Shown here: one piece after another, positions 39,001 through 51,383 of the stretch
How the letters are laid out: the number at the start of each line of letters is the position of its first letter
Numbering within the stretch: position 1 is the first letter of the stretch
NCBI GenBank assembly: GCA_002189035.1
Contig: NEEC01000012.1
Coordinates: 496,001 to 560,000 of the forward strand
Length of the DNA: 64,000 nt
Reading direction: 5' to 3'
Source of the DNA: Utricularia gibba
Taxonomy: Eukaryota; Plantae; Magnoliophyta
The notes under the pieces: model-generated
What the model saw: only the letters and a program-made list of their open reading frames with translations
Databases searched by the model: none
What the model was told of the DNA's origin: nothing
Translations under genes and position numbers: made by a program

Positions 39001-41252
39001 GATCATCAGGATTCTCTAAAATAATCTCCTCATCCATGTCATCATCGTCGTCCAAGACTTCTAATTCTTTTTCTTCATATCTATCCACCTTAGTCATGAA
39101 CCATGGATAAGGTTCCGGTAGATCCTCCCCACTTCTTAAGGATATGGCGTTGATGTGCTCTGGGTTCTTCACTGGCTGGGATGGCAGTGCTCCTTGCGTC
39201 TCCAGCCAGTTCATGGCTTGAACTAGCTAGGTAATCTGCGTTTGTATTCGTCCATCTATGTCTTTTTGTGCAGCATGCATTTTGGTGGTGCTCTCGGCAA
39301 GGGACTTCACCATGGACTCCAGATTATGATTTGGCTGATAAGGAATAAAGGGTTGATCTGGAACTCCAGTAATTTGAAAAGGTTGAGGTGGAGCAGTGAG
39401 AGTTTTCTGAGGAATAACAGAAGGGTTCCCTAGTGATGGGGCTTGACCAGGAGGTACTAGTTGTCTCCAGTGGAAACCAGGGTGATCTTTTCGCGAAATT
39501 TGGTAGTTTCAGTAGTTATAACTTCCTCCTTGGTTTTGGTAGAATGCGCTAACCTCTTCCACTAGCATCTCGTGTATCATAGGTCCTGGATCAGAAAGAT
39601 GAGAGGTTGAAGATCCTTGATACCTTCTTTGTTGTTGGAGAAGTGATTGGAAGCCAAGCTTCAAGGTATCACTCATAGTAGCAAGTTGAGCTAAAACTTC
39701 AGAATTATCCACTTCGTGCACTGATTTTACAGGCTGAGAATTTCCTCCATGTGCTCGGTATGAGTAATCATATCGGCTGGAAGTAGAATAAGAGTTAGCA
39801 ACCATTTGTTCTATCAATCTTCGGGTGTCAGCACTGTGGCAGTTCTCTAGTAATGACCCATTACAAGCGGCATCCATTTGTCCTCTAATCATGGGGGTCA
39901 GTCCTTCGTAAAAATGCTGTAAAATTTGACCTTCAGTAAGTCCATGCTGTGGATAAGTATTACAGATCCGGTTGAATCTATCATAATATTCTTGTAAATT
40001 CTCTACTTCACTTTGTAGCATGGTAGCTAAAGCTCTTCTTCCGGCATATGCTCTTCCTAGGGGCGCATATCGATCAAGAAACTTCTGAACCATTTGCTCC
40101 CAGGTTGCAATAGAGGATGGTGGTATTCCATACAGCCACTCCAAGGCTCGCTCAGTGAGACTGAAAGGGAAGACCCGCAGCTTGACTTGGTTTTCCGTAG
40201 CACCTTTTGGGCGAATGGATGCACAAGCCGTGTGCAACTCTCTAAGATGACGATTTGGGTTGTCATTTTCTCTACCAGAAAATTTAGGTAGTGTCTGGAA
40301 TAGATATGGGCGTAGCTCAAAGTCCTCTTCCGAGTCAAAGATGATACAAAGTGGTCGGTCAGCATGGTTAAAAGTGATTTCTTCTTTGATGGTCCTTAGT
40401 GCTGGGCCATGATTAGTGATTGGTAGAACTGGAATAAATTGTGGATGTTGTTGCTCTTGTTCTCCATGCATTGTGGGCACTCCAGTAGGTGGTTGAGCAT
40501 CCATTTCTTCGTCATGAGATATATTTGAAGTTAGTTCCCTCTTTTTCGCCAGAAATGTGCACTCAATCTCCGGATCTAAAGGACACAAGATATCTTGGTA
40601 CGATCTCAAGCTTCATTGACCCTTCGGTGAAGCTGAATGCATAAAAACAGAGAAAAACAGCAGCAAAACAGAAACAAAAGAAAAACAAGAAGAAAGAAAG
40701 AAAAAGAAAAACTATACACAACACTAAACACAAAAATACACAACTCCCAGCAACGGCGCCAAAAATTTGTTGTGTGTCGTTTCTTCAACAAATTTTAAAT
40801 ATTTATAAAACGTAAAACACAAAGGGCGTAGTACGAGTGTCGATCTCAGTAAGTTATTTTTTGTGAGAAGTGTTTGTAAGAAACTTGTACAAAATGTCAT
40901 GGTTTTGTAAAAGAGGGTTTGTGGAATGCATAAATAAAAGTTACAATCTAAGTGATGGGCCTTGACTACGGGACGCAGTTCCTGGGAATAAGATTCCATC
41001 TCCTTCCTTTGTCTATTCTCGCCTCGGTTTTCATTGATTTCTTTTCGAATAGCTGGTTATAGGAGCAAGGAATAGCCTACTCTCCCTTACACTCTGATTG
41101 ACAAGGAGGCACGGGAATAGCTTCATGTGATTCCCCCTTGGACAATTAGGAAGACAAGAGGATTGCTTTCGATTGCCTTCATGACTGAGTTGCACGCGTG
41201 TGCCTAGCTGTTGCCAATGGCCAGTGGCAGGTCTGAGATCACAACCTGTCCA

Positions 41253-41441
41253 CCAATTCTACCAACGTGACACTGATTCCTTGCATTGACCTTCACATAG
41301 CAAACACCTAGCTCCTTGTGTTCGACCCTAATTCACTATGCTCATATTTTTCATATGATTTGATGTGAATTATATTTATAAATTTTATTTGATAGGAGAA
41401 ATTTGCAAATTAACAACTTTGCACAAATTTTTCGTTTATCA
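41253..41441 (+). mobile_element. Family A LTR 3' end, inserted in copia RT
   Basis: Matches ~6249-6431 (CCAATT.TACCAACGTGACACTGATT...TTTTCGTTTATCA). Directly abuts copia RT sequence at 41442. Confidence 0.88.
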
Positions 41442-44400
41442 AGCTTGCACACTTTGGCACTATCCAAACCCTTTAGTGGTTCCATAAAGATTTTCTCTCT
41501 TTAGAAACCCATTCAGAAAAGCGGTTTTGACATCTATCTGCCAAATCTCATAATTAAGATGTGCAGCAATAGACAAAAGATATCTTATGGACTTAAGCAT
41601 GGCTACAAGAGAGGGTTTCCTCATAATCGATTCCTTCTCTCTGGCTACAACCCTTACCACGAGCTTAGCTTTATAGGTTTGCATCTTTTCATCAAATCCT
41701 CTGTTTCTCTTAAAGATCCATTTACACCCACTGGGTACAATATCCTCAAGTGGATCAACAAGCACCCATATTTGATTGTTATATATGGAATCCATTTAGG
41801 AGTCCATACCATCCTTCTTCTTAAGTAAGAACAAGAGCTGTTCGTCATAGGTAGAAGGTTCATCAAGTTGGAGGTTTTCTTTAAGAAGGAGCAGCTCTTG
41901 TTCTTACTTAAGAAGAAGATCAAGTCTAGTAATCAAGCGAGGCACCCTACTAGACCTTCTTAGTGTGCCTTGGTCAAAGGTCTCAGCTCTATCAGTCACA
42001 TTCATCCGAATACAGATCTCAATTCCAATTTATCAAAATCCTGCTTTTGAATATAGGCTGGGCATCCCCAAATCTTAACATGCTGAAGACTTGATGGTAT
42101 TCCATTCCACATCTCATATGGAACTTTGGAAATCGATTTAGAAGGTACTCTGTTAAGAATATGACATGCTGCATTCAAAGCATATCCCCATAAGGAAGTA
42201 GGCAAATCAGTGTAACACATCATTGAACGGACCATATCCAATAATGTGCGATTCCTCCTTTCTGAAACTCCATTTAATTATGGTGTTCAAGGAGGTGTTG
42301 AACTCTGTACAATACCATGTGTTTTCATATATTTTAGGAATTCATCACTGAAGTATTCTTCTCCTCAATCAGACCTTAGAGTGAGAATAGTTTTGTTCTT
42401 TTCATTTTCAACTTCAGCCTTAAACTCTTTGAACGTTTCAAAGGTTTCAGACTTTCTCTTTATCAAATATAGATAATCATATCTACTATAGTCATCTATA
42501 AACGTGACGAAATAGTTGTAACTACCTCTAGCTTGAATATTGGGCTCATATACATCACTATATATCAGCTCTAGAATATATGTGGCTCTTTTGAAATACC
42601 CCGTAAAGAGCCTCTTTGTCATTTTTCCTTCAAGATAAGAGATGCAAGTTGGATATGGATTTGAATCAAGATTGCTCAAGATTCCCATACTCTCTAACTT
42701 GTTAACTCACTCTATTACTTGAAATATGAAAAAGCCTCAAATGCCATAAATAATTCATGCTAGCAAATTCCTTGGAAATCGTATGAATTTCAACGACTTT
42801 ATCCAATGATATTTGCTGTTATCTTTATCAAGATAGTATAGATCTTCTTGTATCAAACCATGCCCAACGAGTTCATTTGCAAAATATATCATAAATATAT
42901 CCTGAGTAAAATAAATCTCATATCCCATTTTAGTCAAACTGGAGATAGAGATTATGTTATGCTAGATACTCGGTAAGTACAAAACGTCTTTCAACAACAA
43001 AACATGGCTATCCAATGCAACCGAAACCGATCCTAAGAACACCACAACAACACTTGCTCCGTTTCCCTTCCGAAGAATCACCTCTTTTGATCTCAATGAC
43101 CCTTGATCACTCCTAGTCTACACATGTGTATCGAATACCCAAGTGAGTGATGAGCCACCGAACACATTGAAAAATGAAGAATGCAAACCTTTTGCTTTCT
43201 CCTTGCCCTCACTTTCCTTAATAGACTTAAGGAAATCCGGACAATTTCTCTTCCAGTGTCCGTTTTTGCTGCAGTGAAAACACTTTCCTTTACTAATAGA
43301 CTCGCCCTTCTCAAGGACAATCTGTTTCCTCTTCATGGGACTACTCTTAACTTTCAATTCCTCATCAACCTTCTCTTTACCCTTCTTTATGGATTTCTTC
43401 TTCTTTCCTGAAACGACAAGAGCAGGTTTTTTTGTCTTGCTAGAAGAAGAAGCATTCCTTTGGGCAACTGTCAACTTGTTGTTCAGTTCTACTAATGAGC
43501 AGCTGATCTGATTCAGGTGAAAGTTGGTAATGAAGCTTTTAAACAACTTTGGAAGTGATTGTAAAATCAGATCAGTTTTTAGATCAGCATCCATCCTGAA
43601 ATCAAGATTTTCCAGCCCTTCAAAGAGCATAATCATAGAATTCACATGGGCATTGACATCTGAACCTTCTTCCATACGAGCACCGAACAGCCTACTCGAC
43701 ATCTCATATCGAGAAGATATGTTCGACACATCATATAGTTCTCACAGATGTTCCAAGATGGAAGCTGCCGTGGTGTAATTCTCATGTTGCCTCTGCAAAT
43801 CAGGATTCATAAAGGCCAACATGTAGCACCTTGTCGTGTTATCATCTGCCTCCCACTGAACAAGCAACTCGTGCTCCATATTTGTGGGATTAGATGGGTC
43901 AGCTGGCATAGGAGGCTTTCCATCCAATACACTAGTGGCTCGCTCATACTGCAAAACAAGTTTCAGGTTCCTCATCCAATCCACAAAGTTGGGGCCAATC
44001 AGCTTGTTGTCATCGAGAATACTGACAATAGGATTGTTTGCTGTCAACTTCATTTTCCCTTTTAATAGAGAACTAGCAAGATCTGCATATATTCAAGCAT
44101 CCACATCAATCAAGAAGTCATGGACTTTGACTAATTGATTGCAACATTCATGTTTATCACATAAACAAGGTATGCACAATGCAATAGATAGAATTATCCT
44201 TGCTCTACATCTCCTCAAATACATATGCTATTCTTGGAGCATGTAAAACTACAATCAACAACTTGATTCACATATCTCATATGCAATTCTATCTCTACCT
44301 CTAACATTTCCACTTTCAGGTAACCATGCCATTCTAGAAGAAAATTCTAGTCAAGTAAACCCATTCAGCCAGCAACTATATAAGTAATTTACTAAGGTAC

Positions 44401-46616
44401 ACATGCCATTCTTGATATAAATACTCACACAGTCACAACATCACGTGCTTCAATAATAAATAAATAATATCACATATCAATCAAAATATTGTCTGAATGG
44501 AGAGCCAAGAAACATTAAGATAAAATGTTTCAAAACTTGATCATTGATTTGAAAAATAAATTCCGAAAGCAGATAATCAAAATTTTTTTCAGAAAACCAT
44601 TTTTCCCGTTATTTAAACCAAGTTCTGTATCGAACTCTCCAAATCAGAATTTCAAACTCCCACTCAAACTAGAGATGATAGTTTGAAAAACAAATGGCCT
44701 TAGCAACCAAGAATTGATGATAAAAGATAAACCAACATCTGCAAAATATTGCACAACCCATGGTTTAAATGTGACGACGATCAGATAGTTGCTAAACCTC
44801 GCTCTGATACCAGTGTTGGGTTGCACGTAGTGAAAGGTGGGAAAAACAATATTTTTTTCTTTTTTGTAGCCAGCAATATCTCATATCGTAGATAGCATCG
44901 AAGCTATGATGCCTCTAGCCCACACGAACTAGAAATTATATCGACAAGGTTAAAACCAATAAATGTATCTAATACAGTTTGCCCAAAATATGCTATAATA
45001 TGAGATATAATATCTCATATTATATCTGATGCTAATATGAGATATTAGCAATTCAACTCTTGAATCAAAATGTTGGGAAAACACAAACATATCAACATTA
45101 ATATCTCATATCGACATTAATTCTTGATTCAACTCTTGAATCGACTTGTCAAGAAAACATGCTGATATTAGTACTAATATCTCATATTAACACTAACTAC
45201 CAAGAAAACTGAAGAAACATGGAGAATAAATGAATAAAGTTATTAAATTCGAAACCAAAGTCATGTTTTCTTTTTCGTAGTGCTATTCACCGGTTTCGTT
45301 TCTTCCCGAACATTCCTGAATCGTTTTTCCTCTTTAGAGATCGAGCACCTCTTTCTAGAAGAACTTCAAAAAAACCACATTGAAGTTATCCAATTGCCAC
45401 ATATTTTTAACCTAAGCATTGGCACGTATTTTAATGTGGCACGCTTTTTAATGCAGGCTTATGAATATGGGCTTGGGCTATTAGGAATATGGGCTTGGGT
45501 CTTAGGCCCAAATCATCAGCCCATGTTATTTTGGGCCTTGGTAATCAATATGGGCCTAAGCCCATATCACTAATTTTTTTAACCAATTTATGATTCAAAA
45601 TTAAAGACATGTTGGAGTCTACCAAAAATTTGAATCACAAGTGTCTTGTATAATTTCTAATTCTTTGTATATGTGACTTAGTTGGTTCATTTTTAATCGT
45701 TAATGAGAAGCGAGAAATCTCATTTCTCTAACAACGATATTGTAACAACATATTATGTCTCTCAGAAAATACAATGGATGTCTGGTATAGCATATTGTAT
45801 TTACTCGACTAAAATTGAATATGATATTTAATGATGAACCTTGATTATTATAACTATGAACATCCCTTCATTAGAGACTTCAATATAGAATAGAATCATG
45901 GATAGTCAAATTTCATTTTATCTAGATTATCAACATTATCCTGAACATCCGTTTCGATGGTAGAACAAGAACCTAGAATCACATTTCTTTATCTTGTTAC
46001 CCTTGCTAGGAATTTACCCGACGAAACAATTAGGAAATCAGAAGTCTCATCTCTATTTACCCAGAATAATAAATCCTATCTTAGTTATTCAGAGATCTTC
46101 GTACACTATCAACTTAGACCATCACTATTGTTGAGTTGTATATTTCAACAAGCCAAAATATCAACAAATCTAAGGCAATAATATATAAGACACAATAAAA
46201 CTTCAAGTTGAAGGATTTTCATAAAGCAATCTAAATAACACTATGTTGACATATGTAAAATACCATGCATATGTTATTCAACGTCACAAATTCGGTTAGC
46301 TCATCTCATGAGCCCCCACATGTTTATTCTGACATCTCATGTCAAGCAATATTTGACTCATTGACTATTATATCTTGATAAACACTTTATCAACATAGTA
46401 AAATAAATAGAGGTAACACTTAAACTAATAATGATACTCAATCAAAGTATTAAAACTGTGAATAATTCGAATATACATGTTACAAGACAATCTATCAAAT
46501 ATTTTTAACAGCTTAAAAACATATTTTTCAAACATGTAATTTTGGATACTACCATAAAAGAAAGAACAACAATTATGAAATACTAGATTACATGACTTTT
46601 AAGCATATTTCCAACA
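41442..46616 (-). mobile_element. Angela-type Ty1/copia element 2 (LTR, PBS, gag, integrase, N-terminal RT), truncated
   Basis: LTR 46616-44814 (TGTTGGAAATATGC...CCCAACA). PBS TGGTATCAGAGC at 44812-44801. Gag NPIVSILDDNKLIGPNFVDWMRNLKLVL and CFHCSKNGHWKRNC; integrase FVTFIDDYSRY and MDMVRSMM; RT GCKWIFKR and IWQIDVKTAFLNG, ending at VCKL. Confidence 0.95.
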
Positions 46617-46830
46617 ATCTCTCACTTGCACTAAAACCATTCACTCAGTATCTCAATCCCATCCATTCAAGATGGCGATCCAATTGCTGTTGATTCATAA
46701 GCTTAGTAAATAGATCGGCCACATTTTCTTCCAATGCTATTTTCTCTATTATCACATCTCTCCTAGCTACGATTTTTCGTAGGATATAATATCACCTATC
46801 TATATGTTTGGAGTTTTTATGGTATCATAC
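46617..46830 (-). mobile_element. Copia RNase H 3' end and PPT abutting the same LTR
   Basis: Minus strand: YHKNSKHIDR*YYILRKIVARRDVIIEKI...NVADLFTK...HLEWMGLR, then AGTGCAAGTGAGAGAT immediately before TGTTGG. Confidence 0.85.
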
Positions 46831-47562
46831 ATACTCCTGATGTTCATTACAAATACAATGTCTTATTTATCATTGGTATATCCTCCTCCCCAAGAAATCT
46901 ATGAGAATACTAGGATGTAAGCCACAAATGAAGTCAAGTGTGACAGCAGGATCTCTACTACAATTAAGATCTCTTTATAGAAGGGAGGAAGGCATTTTGA
47001 ACTCGCATAAAAAATGTTTAATGCTTACGAAGAAACCCATAGCACCTACTCTTTATGGGGAGATCCGAAATTAGAAGATTTGTCAGATAGTTTATCCAAC
47101 ATCACATAAATCTCGAAAATTGAAAGGTGGACTTCAACATCATCTTCAATCATGAGTTAAATTGAGAAATGGGCTCACAATCCCTAAAATAGACCTTGAA
47201 AAATGTTTCTCAAAGTTTGGAATTTCCAAGAAGTCATTTTAAATTAAAAATGAAATTTTTACAAAAAAAAAAAAAATTTTAAAAATGGTATTTATCAAAC
47301 AAAAGTTTTGAAAATAGTATTTCACAATCTGAGCTGAATTCCTCGCTTGTGTGCCAGAGAAGGTTGTCAAGGAGGCATACACTACACAAGACAGCTAAAT
47401 TTGCTGTCTTCAAATTTCCCCTTACAACCGATCACAAAACAACTGTTTTGAAGCCAAAGGTAAAAACTAGGCGTTACCCTAAATGATTAGAAGACTACAA
47501 TACAAATGAGCACAAGGAGGAGGAATCAATCACATAAATAGCAAGCTAATGAAAGCAGTGCA

Positions 47563-48352
47563 TCACTGACCACTGGATGATGCCTCACGGTTTTCAAAGA
47601 AGAGTCTTATCGTGGAGTATATGTGAGAAGGTTCAGCCATTGCGCCATTCCCATGATCCCCACAGGCCAGTCTCTTTCTCACCGGGGAATGAGGGAAATC
47701 CCGAGCTCATCGATGGCCATCAGATGCCGCTCAGTGAAAGGATTGGTCCACATAAGAGTATTCATTGCTGGTGCGACAAACATTGGCTTGCTGTAGTCCC
47801 ATGCCCGAACGATGCATGTCAGCAAGTTATCACACAGTCCTGTGGCAATCTGATCCATACAAATAGAAGATTCATGTCAAACAATGTTATGATGGTATGT
47901 TGAAGCAGGCACAGCATTCTCACATGTTAATGATTTAGAAACCGAGCAGACAACTCCACATTCTTGTGAGTAATTCAAGCAAATCTTTAGAACATAGAAC
48001 AAGTATTCACCTTTGCCAGTGTATTAGCAGATAAAGGTGCGATAACCAAAACATCGGCCCATCTTCGAAGCTCAATGTGCAGCACACTGTCACCAATCTT
48101 GCTCCAATTAGACCATTCATCTTCGTCAGTGTAAAGGATCACATCTTTCGGGAGGGAAGAAATATCTAGGAAATGCTGTGATGCTTTAGTAGCAACAGCT
48201 TTAACTTCAGCCCACTCGGCAAAACAATGGCAAAGATTAGCAAACTTTATTGCAGCCACACTTCCACTGGCCGCCAGCAGAATCCTAGGCTTCCTCGAAG
48301 CTTCTTTTGGTTGATAAACTCCCTCTTCATCCATAACCACCGAGTTCGCCAT
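47563..48352 (-). CDS. HAL3: Phosphopantothenoylcysteine decarboxylase (HAL3-like flavoprotein), 2 coding exons
   Basis: Exon 48352-48011: KPRILLAASGSVAAIKF...VLHIELRRWADVLVIAPLSANTLAK. Exon 47849-47563: IATGLCDNLLTCIVRAWDYSKPMFVAPAMNTLMW...(frameshift)...RLACGDHGNGAMAEP. Apparent -1 frameshift at 47684-47687. Confidence 0.95.
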
Positions 48353-49289
48353 GGCGTGCTTGCTAGAACGTTCAGTAAACCTTCAATTTTAAGGCCATAA
48401 AAAAGGATGAACAGGTGAAGGAAAATCACACGAGAGCCGATGAAATCCGCGGAACACCACAACAACAACAAATGAAAAATGAACCAAACAAGAAGCCGCA
48501 TCACACGTTTCAGCGAACAACGTGTAGGCGGAAGAAAGCCATCTATCCGCAAAACACGCAGAAGAAATTTCCGCTTCGGAAGTGACGAATGCCTACCTGA
48601 GCGCCAGAAAACTACGAAAAGAAAGGGAAATGGGAAAAAAAACCTAATTCAATCGCGACACCTGTGATTGGGAAATTGCTCAGCACATAAACCCTAATCC
48701 TTGTGTTAGAAGGGGCCTCCTCAACAATTTGGAACTCGAATGGAATCCCACTGCGCTTCAAAGGTGGAGGTGTCAAGGAAGAGGAAGAGAGCACTGGTGA
48801 GTTCAGATTCAAAAGAGCTATTTAACTGAATGGGGGGTATTTTACATAACTTATAAGTAACTTAATTAAATTATAAGTAGTCAACTTATTAAATGAAAGT
48901 TTTTTTTAACTTATAAATTATGATTTATAAGTTAATTATAAGTAGTATTTTAAAAATAGATGTGTAGTTATTTAATTATAACTTAAATAAAAAAATTCTT
49001 TGAAATTACTTATATACCTTCATATTTAAAAGCATTTAAATGAATATAATGATATTTTAGACTTTAATTTACAAATTTTAAAAGTTATGTCAAACACTAT
49101 TAACTTTTACTTATAACTTTTATAAATAAATTAAAACAAACATCTACTATTTATTTTTTACTTTAAGTTACTACTACTTATAAGTTAATATTTTATAAGT
49201 AATGTAAAACACCCCCAATACGAATAAATTAATAACATAAATGACGAATCACACTCACTGCGGAAGCATTGGCATCCTCTATACTTCTC

Positions 49290-50915
49290 ATGGGACTTTT
49301 ATCGAACACCTTGAGGTACAGACCGCTGCTGAAGCACTACCGCCGATGGGCGTTCGTAGTTTCGTGTTCAACCCAAGGATCACAACTGAACTCTTATAAA
49401 ACTGTCCAGGAGTCCCGAGTTCTAGGCCTGCTTGCGGAAGTTTTGCCCATACCATTGCCAGGATTGACCCCAGCGCATTCGTCTTCAAAGCAGATGAAGG
49501 CCAGCTGTGTGGATGATTTTCTGTCACCTGAAGATAAATTGCGCGGAGTTTTCTTGCAGAAGTTTTGCGGCAGAGCTGCAGTTTACAGCGCACTGAACGG
49601 CGTTGGAGTGGAATTAAACGACGAGTTGCTGGGTAAAGTAGTGAGAGAGGGGAACCTATCCGGAGAGTCGATTGTCTGGTTCTTCAATTGGGCATTTGAG
49701 CAGCCGAATGTATCCAGAGATGTTTCTACTTACAACGAAGCAATCAAAGCATTAGGTAAAAGGAAGTTCTTCGATCATATGATGGAAATGTTGAATGACA
49801 TGAAGGATAGAGCAATCGTCCCCAATACAGACACCCTCTTCATCGTCATGGATAGCTATCTACGAGCTCGCCTGGTTTGTAAAGCAGTTCGGATATTTGC
49901 AGAGATTGAGAAATATGGTCTAGAATGCAATAAGGAAACACTCAGCGTTGCATTGAAGTGCTTGTCTCGGCGTTCTTATGTAGGCACTGCTTGCCGCTTG
50001 TTCAAGAAACTGTGCAAGAAAGTGGACTGTGATTGCTCAGTGTACAACATTCTGGTGAGTGGGTGGTCAAAGATGGGTAGGTTTTCAGATGTTGAGAAAA
50101 TGGTGAAGGTGATGGTGGATGATGGGGTTGAACCAGATTGTGTAACCTACAGCCATGTGATCGGGGGACTCGGAAGGGCCGGTCGAGTTGATGACGCTGT
50201 TCGGATTTTCGAGGATTTGAAGTTGAAGGGTAGTGGAATGAGGACTGAGGTCTACAATGCTGTGATTTTCAGCTGTATATCATCAAGTGACAAAGCAGAG
50301 GATGGCTTGAAGTACTATGAGGAGATGCTCAGGAATGGCATCGAGCCAAATGCTGATACTTACAGTAGACTAATCTCACATTTCCTCAAAGCTAGGAGAG
50401 TTGCAGATGCCATTGAAAAGTTCGATGAGATGCTAAGTAAACAAATGATGCCTTCGGCAGGAACATTGAGCAAGTTCATGAAACCTTTGTGTAGTTATGG
50501 TCCGCCACATGCTGCCTTGATGATTTACAAGAAAGCAAGAAAATCTGGATGTGTAATCTCAGTCATTGCGTATAAGCTCTTGCTTAAGAGGCTGGCTTCG
50601 TTCGGGAAGTGTGGGATGCTGCTCAGTGTATGGAATGAGATGCAGGAGAGTGGCTACACTTCGGATTCGGAGGTGTATGAACACATCATAAACGGTTTGT
50701 GCAATGTGGGGAAGCTTGAGATTGCAGTCCAAGTTATGGAGGAATGCATTCACAAAGGCTTTTTCCCGGCAAAGATCATTTGTAACAAACTCAAGAACAA
50801 GCTGATGGATTCCAATAAAGTAGACATTGCATACAAGCTTCATCTCAAACTACAAAGTGCCCGAGTTGATGAGAAGGTACGGCGATCTTGGAGGGCTAAG
50901 GGGTGGCATTTTTAG
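49290..50915 (+). CDS. P-class pentatricopeptide repeat protein, At5g43820-like, intronless
   Basis: ATG at 49290, 541 aa. FLSPEDKLRGVFLQK, GNLSGE, PPR repeats (YNILVSGWSKMG, YSHVIGGLGRAGRVDDA), KPLCSYGPPHAA and C-terminal W..KGWHF all match recalled At5g43820. Confidence 0.93.
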   Translation: MGLLSNTLRYRPLLKHYRRWAFVVSCSTQGSQLNSYKTVQESRVLGLLAEVLPIPLPGLTPAHSSSKQMKASCVDDFLSPEDKLRGVFLQKFCGRAAVYSALNGVGVELNDELLGKVVREGNLSGESIVWFFNWAFEQPNVSRDVSTYNEAIKALGKRKFFDHMMEMLNDMKDRAIVPNTDTLFIVMDSYLRARLVCKAVRIFAEIEKYGLECNKETLSVALKCLSRRSYVGTACRLFKKLCKKVDCDCSVYNILVSGWSKMGRFSDVEKMVKVMVDDGVEPDCVTYSHVIGGLGRAGRVDDAVRIFEDLKLKGSGMRTEVYNAVIFSCISSSDKAEDGLKYYEEMLRNGIEPNADTYSRLISHFLKARRVADAIEKFDEMLSKQMMPSAGTLSKFMKPLCSYGPPHAALMIYKKARKSGCVISVIAYKLLLKRLASFGKCGMLLSVWNEMQESGYTSDSEVYEHIINGLCNVGKLEIAVQVMEECIHKGFFPAKIICNKLKNKLMDSNKVDIAYKLHLKLQSARVDEKVRRSWRAKGWHF

Positions 50916-51383
50916 GCTTTCATCAAGAGAGGGATTGTCTTGAAGGGGAGGATTTTTGGTATCTTAACTAGTATTCTCTCTGACGCATTTCCACAAACAG
51001 TTGGCGGCGGAAGTTCGGGAAAGCTCTCTTTGGAGTTGGGTGTTGAGATACTAAAAACGCACCGGAAAAATTCTCATGACCCACAATATCGCGGATTTCA
51101 TTAAAAACCAGGCCAAGACCTGTTGGGTTTCTTCTGGGCGGCGTTTCGAGCAACTTTCTCGGAGTTGCTAAGTTATTTCCGGAAGAAAACCGAAAGGTTC
51201 ACCACACGAACATCTCTGAGCCCGAAAAAACTCGATCTCAGCCGACTTTCTTGAAATATGGCTTCGAAATTCCACCTTTCTACAGATGCCTCATCCCTGA
51301 TTTACAGGAGTCCCAGACGGTGAGTTCACAGGCAGTCGCAACTCGCAATCACCGACTTGGGAGAACTCCCATTCGGGAGGGTG

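Larger units (their letters stand above)
29313..41252 (-). mobile_element. Athila-type Ty3/gypsy element B1 with extra ORF, RT-core deletion and nested insertion
   Basis: 3' LTR 29313-30553 and truncated 5' LTR 40768-41252 (about 9 mismatches in the first 100 bp compared by eye). tRNA-Asp PBS at 40745-40761. Gag ORF 40609-39509; protease AMCDLGASVNVMP; RT start VKKEILKLLAVGIIYPISDSEWVSPV; RNase [14 protein letters not shown]; integrase HCHELPCGPHFG and WGIDFMGPFP. PPT-like GAGGACAAG...TTAAGTGT at ~30560-30590. Confidence 0.95.

Noticed and set aside
46840-47170. Plus-strand frame with few stops (...YSLWGDPKLEDL...) between the copia tail and HAL3
   Set aside because: Still has several stops, no recognisable motif and no splice context; not distinguishable from chance.
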